A program made the position numbers and the translations under genes. DNA of 64,000 bases from Octopus vulgaris (Eukaryota): positions 96,968,001 to 97,032,000 of the forward strand of contig OX597821.1 of the NCBI GenBank assembly GCA_951406725.2, in the 5' to 3' direction. The notes below the pieces were generated by a model. The model did not search any database, had not been told where the DNA came from, and worked only from the letters and a program-made list of their open reading frames with translations. The first letter of the stretch is position 1, and each line of letters begins with the position of its first letter. Below, piece by piece: positions 53,620-64,000 of this stretch.

Positions 53620-53621
<2 letters not shown>
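52484..53621 (+). pseudogene. CR1-clade LINE 3' fragment (RT C-terminal half)
   Basis: FLSNRTQHVVV..SGVPQGTVLGPLLFIIYINDI..IFADDSKL, frameshift near 52710, RDLGV, RPHLEYC..WSPY, LYSLQRRRER, FKKSLDKFL; tail (ttctaagtta)2. Confidence 0.93.
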
Positions 53622-53650
<29 letters not shown>

Positions 53651-53841
53651 GCGTTTCTGTGTGTGTGTGTGTGTGTGTGTGGTTTTACACGTCTATACAA
53701 TTTAACATTTTATATATATATATATATATATATACTTTGGGTATGGTAGATGAGTTCAGCAAAAATTTAGATTTTTTGTACGGGATTATCCATACAATTT
53801 CAAAGTAAGGTGTTATCTGGATATCCTTTTTGTTTATTTTG

Positions 53842-53882
<41 letters not shown>

Positions 53883-53884
<2 letters not shown>

Positions 53885-54507
53885 CGTAAGGAGTATCAGC
53901 CATCTGAATGTGGCTAGGGACTGAGCGGGGTGGTGGAGTGTTACTGATGCTTTTAGCCCCAGGCGATCAACGTCACCAGAAGGACTGACACTATCTCAGT
54001 GCCCTTGTTTGTTTGTAAAGGGAGGTCATCCTCCCTCGAAGATCCGGATACTACATACGGACTAGTTTCGAGGTCATTGACTCTTTTCAACATTGAAAAC
54101 AATAATAAATCTCTGAACGAGATATAAACAGTAACTGCTCGACAACGTAAGGGGTATCAGCCATCTGAATGTGGCTAGGAAGTGGTTACTATGAAAGACG
54201 TTATATATATTGTTTGCAGAGGGAATCCTTCATCGAAGACCGGTGCTTACCATACGTTGAAAAGAGGCAATGACCCCGAAACTAGTCCGTATGTAGTATC
54301 CGGATCTTCGAGGGAGGATGACCTCCCTTTACAAACAAACAAGGACACTGAGATAGTGTCAGTCCTTCTGGTGACGTTGATCGCCTGGGGCTAAAAGCAT
54401 CAGTAACACCCCACCACCTCGCCCAGTCCCTAGCCACATTCAGATGGCTGATACCCCTTACGTTGTCGAGCAGTTACTGTTTATATCTCGTTCAGAGATT
54501 TATTATT

Positions 54508-54511
<4 letters not shown>
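53883..54511. mobile_element. Inverted and partially tandem PLE pLTR array carrying two hammerhead motifs
   Basis: 53883-54091 is the inverse of 54256-54464, and 54097-54179 is the inverse of about 54429-54511; related scraps at 4776-4850, 4938-4990 and 51700-51797. Confidence 0.85.
54251..54293 (+). ncRNA. Minimal hammerhead ribozyme candidate with U3-A8 core
   Basis: CATACG-TTGAAAA-GAGG-CAATGA-CCCC-GAAAC-TA-GTC-CGTATG: 6-bp stem I, GUC cleavage triplet, palindromic ACTAGT. Confidence 0.72.
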
Positions 54512-54578
<67 letters not shown>

Positions 54579-54886
54579 TATATACATATATATATATACA
54601 TGCATAATATATATATATATGTGTGCATGTGTGTGTGCGTGTGTGTGTCTGGGTGGGTGGGTGGGTGGGTGTATTTGGTGCGCATGTATGTATACGCAAG
54701 TAGGAACGCATGGACTAGAGATTAAGGTGTCGCACTCACAATCGCAAGACACTTGGGAATTGCGGCCCACTCATTTGTTTACAACAAGCGGATCCACTCT
54801 GTGTATACACATACAAATACATATGCGTTAATGCACAATCAGTGATAATTATTCCTATGCTTGTTGTTGGTATATATATATATATA

Positions 54887-55159
54887 CTAGCAGTATCCCC
54901 CGCCGTTGCTCGGGTTTGTAAGAGAAATACCTATATAAGCATTTTTAGAGAGTTACTTCCCTTATATAATAGCAAAAAAATGCATTAAAAATGGGAAAAA
55001 ATTATGGTAATTTTGTTTTTAAATCGTAGACTCATCGTAGACGCGCGCTAATACCCAGAAGGGCTCAATATGAATTGGTTAAACTGCACCGCAAAATGTG
55101 GGAGTAGTTAGGAATCTAAATCGTAGGAGACAGACACACAACTTCACTTTTATATATAA

Positions 55160-55162
<3 letters not shown>
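54887..55162 (-). mobile_element. Non-autonomous Helitron (276 bp)
   Basis: Minus strand TC...cccgagcaacggcgggggatactgCTAG, A|T target. Confidence 0.85.
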
Positions 55163-55236
<74 letters not shown>

Positions 55237-55304
55237 CACACACATGTATGCATGCGCTCTCACACACATACACACACACATATACATATATAACATATGA
55301 CCAA

Positions 55305-55855
55305 GCGTAGCTGTGTGGTAAGAAGCTTGCTTTCCAGTCCCAACTTGGGCCAACCAAAGTTTTGTAAGTGGATTTGGTAAACGTAAACTGAAAGACGGCC
55401 ACCGTATATGTATATATATCTATCTGCTCGTGCTTTTAGGTCTGTATTTATCCCCATCTATCGCCGTTTGACAACCGATGTTGGTGTGTTTATGTCCTCG
55501 TATGTTAGCGGTTCGGCAAAACTGACCGATAGAATAAGTACCAGGCTTGTAATAAAGGACTGGAGTCGATTTGTTAGACTAAACATTTTTGAATGTGGTG
55601 CCCCAGCATGGCCGCGGTCTAATTACTGAAACAGGTAAAAGATAAAAGATGTGTGTGCGTGTGTCTTTGTGTCTGTATTTTACCCTCTCCACTGCCTGAC
55701 ACCACGGTGTTCGTGTATCCAAGTTCCTGTAAAAGAGACCGATAGAACAAGTACCAGGTCTAAAAAAGTGCTGGGTCGATTTGTTCGGCTAAAACCCTTC
55801 ACGGTGGTGTCCCAGCATGGCCGCAGCCAAATGACAACCAAGTAAAAGACAGAAG
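55305..55855 (+). mobile_element. Two degenerate SINE family A copies in tandem
   Basis: Head gcgtagctgtgtggtaagaagcttgc; two successive ...ccagcatggccgc...taaaaga tails. Confidence 0.75.
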
Positions 55856-55868
55856 ATATATGTATATA

Positions 55869-56374
55869 CTAGCAGTATCGCCCGGCGTTGCTCGGGTTTG
55901 TAAGGGAAATAACTATATAAGCATTTTTAGAGAGTTACTTCCCTTATAAATTCGGGCTTTCTTAGCCATTTTTGTTTTGGTGTCTTCAAGCCATGAAGTC
56001 GTTGTTCTAAAAGAACGCTGGTTTCCTTCACAACGCATTACGACGTTGATTTCTTTACACTCCCTTCCCCACAGCTTCACGAGGGAGGGAAGGGGGAGAA
56101 GCAAACAGGTGCAGCTGTGAGCGTGGACGCCAACTCCACCGCCATCGACACACGATGCATTTTATGCATTAAAATGGAATAAAAAATGATGTTAAATTAT
56201 TTTTAAAATCGTAGACTCATCGTTGACGCGCGCTAATAGTCAGACGGGCTCGATATGAATCACGACTATAAGATACCCGAATTTGGTTAAACTGCACCGC
56301 AAAATGTGGGAGGAGTTAGGAATCTAAATCGAAGGGGACAGACACTCACACAACTAGAGTTTTATATATATAGA
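55869..56374 (-). mobile_element. Non-autonomous Helitron (506 bp)
   Basis: TCTATATATATAAAA 5' end, 3' hairpin cccgagcaacgccggg plus CTAG; near-identical inverse of 60609-61114. Confidence 0.9.
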
Positions 56375-56605
56375 TATCACCACCCACTCCTTAATTCCCT
56401 ACTGCTTGCTACCAGTCATCATCCAACATTCCGCCACTGCTGCTAGTAGCCTCGTCCACCATACACACACATACACACACACACGCACACACTCACACAC
56501 ACACCCTTGTCATCTCGCACACCTATTTTACCATTCAGTCTCTGACCCGCTCTTTTGTTATTAAAAAACACTTTTCCTTCCTTCTGACCACTTCCGTCCT
56601 TTTAG

Positions 56606-56800
56606 TATGTGACCTCGTGTAGACTACCTGCAGTTTTTTTTCCTCTGTCCTTCCCATCTCGGGATGTCTCTTTCTCCTATGTTTCCGACGAAGAGCTCCG
56701 TTCGAAACGTCAAACCCTCCTTCTTCCCTTCTTTCCTGAGCGTCCAATAATACTTTATTTGTTCCACATCCTTGCGTTGTTGTTTTTTGTTTTCTTGTTT
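56606..56800 (+). mobile_element. Short hammerhead-carrying repeat, copy 2; ribozyme motif at 56681-56715
   Basis: GTTT-CCGACGA-AGAGC-TCC-GTTC-GAAAC-GTC-AAAC. Confidence 0.75.
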
Positions 56801-56920
56801 ATATATATATATATATATATAAATAGTAATGCAATACGAGAGTATTGCTTTCCAGTAAAGGATAGCCCGTGAGGGTAAAATTATACATAAAAGAATACAT
56901 ATATCTTTTGTCTTTTACTT

Positions 56921-56979
<59 letters not shown>

Positions 56980-57787
56980 TTGTTACAATCATTGAACTGC
57001 GACCATGCTGGAGTACCACTTTCGTGGATTTAGTCAAAAAGTCGAACATGTTCTTTAACTCTTGTACATGCTGTGTGACACTCTTTTGTCGAACTGCTCA
57101 CAATGTAACGGTTTTCAAGTGGTAGAGGGAACATGCACAACACAAACATATACACACACACATATACATACACACACATATACACACACATATACACACA
57201 CACAGACACATAACATATATACTTACATACATACATGTATGTATGTACGTATGTATGTATGTATGTATGTATGTATGTATGTATGTATGTATGTATGTAC
57301 GTATGTATGTATGTATATAAAGGTTTTGTGATTCAGTCTAACTTTTAGCCTCGCCGTTAGAACCAATGTAGACAGGGAATTTTTAAATCTAGTTTCTAGA
57401 CTATTTCCAACTAGTCACAAATATAGAATTTGCAATAGAAGAACGTTTAATGTTAGCGATTCTTCTAAAAACTTCGCTTCTTTTATAAACCAGCAGAAAA
57501 ATCTGGCCCAAAATGTAATCATAAAGATCCGGGCAGCTGTCCTTTAAATGGAAATTGTTTAATCAAAGGTATAGTTTATAGAACCAAGGTTCAGCTGGAC
57601 AACACAAATAAGTACAAAATATACTCAAGTTCCACAGAAAGCAGTTTCAAAGCGAGATTATATTCCCACAGAAATGCTTTTAAGTAAGTACCCGTAAACA
57701 GATCTGCAGCGAGTCCGGATAAATATATATGGAAGTTAAATGAAACAGGTTCTTCCTCGTTTAAAATTTATTGGTCCATTTTGTGTA

Positions 57788-58841
<1,054 letters not shown>

Positions 58842-58853
58842 TGAATATAAATA

Positions 58854-59251
58854 TCTTTATATATAAAAGTAAGGTTGTGTGTCTGTCTCCTACGATTTAG
58901 ATTCCTAACTACTCCCACATTTTGCGGTGCAGTTTAACCAAAACCGGGTATCTTATGGTCGTGATTCATATCGAGCCCTTCTAGGTAAGAGCGCGCGTCT
59001 ACGATGAGTCTACGATTTTAAAAATAATTTACCATCATTTTTTTCCATTTTAATGCATTTTTTTCGCTATTATATAAGGGAAGTAACTCTCTAAAAATGT
59101 CTACGATGAGTCAACGATTTTTAAAAAAAACTACCATCATTTATTTCCCATTTTTAATGCATTTTTTTGCTTCGTTTTGGCTATAACTCTCTAAAAATGC
59201 TTTATAGTTATTTCCCTTACAAGCCCGAGCAACGCCGGGCGATACTGCTAG
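58854..59251 (+). mobile_element. Non-autonomous Helitron (398 bp)
   Basis: A|TCTTTATATATAAAA...cccgagcaacgccgggcgatactgCTAG|T; internal duplication of gtctacgatgagtc...atgcattttt. Confidence 0.9.
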
Positions 59252-59477
59252 TTCAATATATATATACACATGCGCGTAATGATGCATATTTTTTCATAAT
59301 ACGTTTCAGCAGGTTTGAACGTGAATATGTTGATCGACGCTGTGTACGGTAAAAGTGAGCAACTCCCTTACAATGAATGTGTTAATAACACGCGCGCACA
59401 CGCAAACATTATAGCTGTATGTATATGTATGTACAAATATATCATACATATATACATGCACACGTTTGCATGTATGT

Positions 59478-59698
59478 ATTCTTTTACTCTTTTACTTGTT
59501 TCAGTCATTTGACTGCGACCATGCTGGAGCACCGCCTTTAGTCGAGCAAATCGACCCCGGGACTTATTCTTTGTAATCCCAGTACTTATTCTATCGGTCT
59601 TTTTGCCGAACCGCTAAGTAACGGGGACATAAACACACCAGCATCGGTTGTCAAGCAATGCTAGAGGGACAAACACAGACACACAAACATATACACAC

Positions 59699-59766
<68 letters not shown>

Positions 59767-59928
59767 GACAGGCTTCTTTCAGTTTCCGTCTACCAAATCC
59801 ACTCACAAGGCCTTGGTCGGCCCGAGGCCATAGCAGAAGACACTTGCCCAAGATGCCACGCAGTGGGACTGAACCCGGAACCATGTGGTTGGTTAGCAAA
59901 CTACTTACCACACAGCCACTCCTGCGCC
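59478..59928 (-). mobile_element. SINE family A, full length
   Basis: Complete head through tail. Confidence 0.93.
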
Positions 59929-60608
59929 ACACACATTTGTATGTATGTATATACACACACACAAATGTATAAATATCTCAATGTTTAAGTTTTGTCCTAT
60001 TTTGCAGGCGATCTGGTCACATTTCAAATATATGTGTGCTGATCTTATTGAGGGCTTAATGCAACAGGCGACAGTTTGGTTCCACTGTTTTATCAAGTGT
60101 TTTATTTGAGCCAAGGACCAGAAGTGTGCCAGTCAATTTGGCTATTTAAACTGCTTCTCTGTTCCTCTCTCCACCTCTCTCCTCCCACTATGTCCACCCT
60201 CTCCCCCTCCTTTTTCCTTCTTCTCCCCTCCCTCTCACCCTCCCCTCTCTTCTCCCTCTCTCTACTCAATTTTTGACTGGGCACCAGATAGTCGGCTGCC
60301 ACAAGCAAGCCGCTTCTCATTCTAGTTTCCAGCGATTCTCTTGCAAGCATATTTTCAGAGGCCCTTCCTAAACCGTGCAAGTGCATCTGACGACCGTGAG
60401 TTAAATACTGGCGCGAAACTGAGAGTTATGTAGCCTCGTTTCTTCACATGACCGTTATATGATGCTATTCATCTCTTTTTAGCATATCCAATGCTCATTT
60501 TTGATGTATGAAAGGCACCCTTTCACATACATCAGTAACACATACACATACAAACACATATATATACAGATAGATCTGCGTGTATGCATATGCATGTATT
60601 TGTGCATA

Positions 60609-61114
60609 TCTATATATATAAAACTCTAGTTGTGTGAGTGTCTGTCCCCTTCGATTTAGATTCCTAACTCCTCCCACATTTTGCGGTGCAGTTTAACCAA
60701 ATTCGGGTATCTTATAGTCGTGATTCATATCGAGCCCGTCTGACTATTAGCGCGCGTCAACGATGAGTCTACGATTTTAAAAATAATTTAACATAATTCT
60801 TTATTCCATTTTAATGCATAAAATGCATCGTATGTCGATGGCGGCGGAGTTGGCGTCCACGCTCACAGCTGCACCTTTTTGCTTCTCCCCCTTCCCTCCC
60901 TCGTGAAGCTGTGGGGAAGGGAGTGTAAAGAAATCAACGTCGTAATGCGTTGTGAAGGAGACCAGCGTTCTTTTAGAACAACGACTTCATGGCTTGAAGA
61001 CACCAAAACAAAAATGGCTAAGAAATCCCGAATTTATAAGGGAAGTAACTCTCTAAAAATGCTTATATAGTTATTTCCCTTACAAACCCGAGCAACGCCG
61101 GGCGATACTGCTAG
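60609..61114 (+). mobile_element. Non-autonomous Helitron (506 bp)
   Basis: A|TC...hairpin...CTAG|T. Confidence 0.9.
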
Positions 61115-61124
61115 TGTATATATA

Positions 61125-61304
61125 AAGTTAATCCAAACAAGAAAGCACAAAAAAACACGACAACGCGAGGACGTGGAACAAATATAGTATTATAGGACGC
61201 TCAGGAAAGAAGGAAAGAAGGAGGGCTTAACGTTTCGAGCGGAGCTCTTCGTCGGAAACATAGGAGAAGGAAAGATCCAGAGAAGGAAGACGTCACATTT
61301 TGAA
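61125..61304 (-). mobile_element. Short hammerhead-carrying repeat, copy 3; ribozyme motif at 61225-61259
   Basis: Minus strand GTTT-CCGACGA-AGAGC-TCC-GCTC-GAAAC-GTT-AAGC (G-U in stem I). Confidence 0.75.
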
Positions 61305-61332
61305 TGTATATATGTATACATATGTATATATA

Positions 61333-61388
<56 letters not shown>

Positions 61389-61811
61389 ATGTATGCATGT
61401 GTGTACGTATCGATGTGCGTATGCACGAGTGTTTATGTATAGTAATATGTATTTAAGTATGTATATATTTATGTACATACATATTTGTGTGTGCATTTAT
61501 GAGTGTATGTACAGATTTATGCATACATGTATATACGTATTTATGTATGTACATAAGTATGTGTATGTCCTCTTGCTCTTTTTAATTTAGAATAAATCCT
61601 GATCGTCAACCTACAAGGTAGCAAGGATGTAAAGGAAAGTATATTGTTTTAACCACCATCCTTTAGATCTAACGAAAGTCTTGCAGATTTTTGTTGTGCC
61701 AGATATCGTGATCATTTGTGACGTATGAATTTAGGATTTTCATTCTCTCCGCCAAGATCCCAAGTTCAGCCATACTTGGTTCCAAACGGGTATGTATGTA
61801 TGTATGTATGT

Positions 61812-62363
61812 CAGGTCACTTTCGAGTGCTACTGTTAACATGTAACCCAGTACAACCTGTTGCATGGTCGGGTCGTCGGCGACTAAACCGGTAACCCCAC
61901 CGAGCTTGCTTGGTGAGGAGGGTGTTTATTGGACACCCTGCGGGATGAAAAACAAAACCCGTCAAAGAGCGGAGGAACTCTTGAGAGTCAACAGCCATCT
62001 AATAAATGTCTTAAGGCTGTATCATGCGCGGAGACATAGAAATAATTGGACTGCATACCCGATCACGCGGTTAAACCGTTGGGAGTGAAGGACTCCTAGC
62101 CTTTGTTAGGGCATCCTTCTCGGAGAAGGTAACTCAGGTAACTGGGATAACTCCGACATAAAACCTGCGGCTCAGTGGTTACCGATGATGTTGACTTGTT
62201 CTTCTTTTCGGATTATGGCTACTGTTGCTTAGTGAGTGGGATTGATTCAGTGCACAGCCTTTCCCCACTTTAAAACAAAATCTTCTTGCACAGGCATTGC
62301 ACGATAACAACATTGATTAAGCTTCGTGCAATGGCCATACTCGATAAGGAGGGGGCAGCCACC
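61812..62363 (+). mobile_element. ~550-bp non-coding insert in (ATGT)n, possibly RTE-derived
   Basis: Flanked on both sides by (ATGT)n; gttagggcatccttctcggagaaggtaactc...aaacc resembles RTE-type 5' UTR blocks from memory. Confidence 0.4.
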
Positions 62364-62765
62364 ATGTATGTATGTATGTATGTATGTATGTATGTATGTA
62401 TGTATGTATGTATGTATGTATGTATGTATGTATGTGTGTATGTATGTATGTATGTATGTATGTGTGTATGTATGTATGTATGAATGAATGTATGTATGTG
62501 TGTGTGTATGTATGTATGTATGTATGTTGTATGTATGTATGTATGTATGTATGTATGTATGTATGTATGTATGTATGTATGTATCAATATTCTTTGATGT
62601 CTATTATTGAAGACCTGATTATCTGCACTAAGGTGGAGGCGCAATAGCCCAGTGGTTAGGACAGCGAACTCACTGGTGGACGTTTGATTTTGCAACTCCT
62701 GTCTCGCCATTTGTTTGTCGCACTGATTTTCTTGAACTCCGGCAATATGTTTATAGTAACCATTC

Positions 62766-62992
62766 GGCGAGCTGGCAGAAACGTTAGCATGCCGGGCGAA
62801 ATGCGTAGCCGTATTTCGTCTGTCGTTACGTTCTGAGTTCAAATTCCGCCGAGGTCGTCTTTGCCTTTCATCCTTTCGGGGTCGATGAATTAAGTACCAG
62901 TTTCCAACTGGGGTCGATGTAATCGACTTAATCCGTTTGTCTGTCCTTGTTTGTCCCCTCTATGATTAGCCCCTTGTGGGCAGTAAAGAAAT
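62766..62992 (+). mobile_element. SINE family C, full length (MetaSINE-like central domain, LINE-like tail)
   Basis: ggcgagctggcagaaacgttagc head, B box gagttcaaattcc, gcctttcatcctttcggggtcgatgaattaagtaccag, tail ending aaagaaata. Confidence 0.88.
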
Positions 62993-63320
62993 ACACTCTT
63001 GCTTTGTGGAGCTCTTCGATGTCCGTGGTCATCCGGAACGTTTCTTATGGACATTTCTGAACAGTTCCGTCTGCTTTAAACTTAACTCTAATTCGAGTGA
63101 TTGTAAGTTGCGTAAGTGGGTCTTGTTGAAACTCCCTCTTTCGCTGTATTTGAACTTCGACAGCGTTTTCATACGGCCAGTAGCATTTCGGGGTAAATTT
63201 CCTTTGCTTAAAGCTAAATCTGGCTCTCTTCATTATTTCTAATGGGTTGAATAAAAGGAAACTCTAAAATAAGTTAGTTACCAGCTGTTAAAGTATGTAT
63301 ACGGTTTTTAGGATGCCCTG
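62993..63320 (-). mobile_element. Tc1/mariner-superfamily transposon left end with transposase N-terminus, truncated by the SINE
   Basis: TA|CAGGGCATCC terminus at 63320; MKRARFSFKQRKF..KCYW.YENAVEVQ...TITRIR.KF.ADGTV and then RSG*PRTS (HTH plus GRPR). Confidence 0.75.
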
Positions 63321-63335
63321 TAAATATGCAGAGGG

Positions 63336-63392
<57 letters not shown>

Positions 63393-63854
63393 GGGTATAT
63401 AAAGTCATTATAAGAATAGTAAGTCACAAGGGAGAGCACTCATCACTCATTTAAGTTGGATTGTAACGGTGAAATTTTGTTTCATAATAAATACATTTAA
63501 TTTGCAGTCCAGAACTGTTAGTAATAGTTTCACGAATTGGACTTCCTAATGAATGAAAGGAAGTTCGGCGCTCATCAGACAGTTCTGGGCCTGTGAATTC
63601 GATTTCAAATGAACCGTCAAATCACGGAATAATAATCACATCTGACTGAATTGAGCATATGTGCAGGTAGAAAAATCATTAAAAGAATTATATCATAATG
63701 CATACTGTCTTTTTGATAAATATAAAATAGTATACGTGTATATGTGTAGGAATGTACATATGTATGTGTACTTGTGTGTTTATGTTTGTATACCTATCTA
63801 TATGTACATGTATCTGTATATAAACTTTTTTAAATGTGTGTGCGTTTGTATATG

Positions 63855-64000
63855 TTAGTTAGTTAGTTAATTTTTTGGCTCAGAAAGCAAAAAGCAAGGC
63901 CATGTAGGGGGACATGGAGTTATGTACAGGGTGGTGTTCAGGCCACTTGTAGTCAAGGGAGACTTTGAACCGAGCGGTCGTCGGCATCTTCACTATCTCG
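63855..64000 (-). mobile_element. Probable CR1/L2-type LINE 3' end running off the window
   Basis: Minus translation EIVKMPTTARFKVSLDYKW, short 3' UTR, (TAAC)n tail. Confidence 0.55.

Noticed and set aside
61884-61928. Twister ribozyme-like TAACCCCACC...GAGGAGGG
   Set aside because: Lacks the P4 loop (UCCCAAGC-like) needed for both pseudoknots.

Overview
AT-rich, microsatellite-saturated, repeat-dominated animal DNA. The SINE families and (TA)n/(TATG)n/(TAGA)n density suggest an octopus/cephalopod genome (inference, not proven). I cannot support any intact host protein-coding gene; most ORFs in the track are microsatellite or SINE read-throughs. The window is a mosaic of mobile elements: five Penelope-like element (PLE) coding remnants plus scattered PLE pseudo-LTR (pLTR) pieces; a recent non-autonomous Gypsy-type LTR element (about 13260-17798, minus) and two solo LTRs; a decayed Helitron helicase and five small non-autonomous Helitrons; CR1, L1/Tx1, R4/Dong-like and Tc1/mariner fragments; three or four tRNA-derived SINE families; a 45-bp minisatellite inside a probable TIR element; and a 2.4-kb tandem duplication. 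The most interesting signals are: (i) about eleven minimal hammerhead-ribozyme motifs, including recurrent non-canonical cores (U3-A8 compensatory 'UUGAAAA' and U4C 'CCGACGA'); (ii) a 27-bp identical 3' tail linking a SINE family to an L1/Tx1 LINE; (iii) an LTR element that keeps a nearly open chimeric reading frame although its pol catalytic core is gone. All coordinates were read by eye; the ends of degenerate repeats are approximate.
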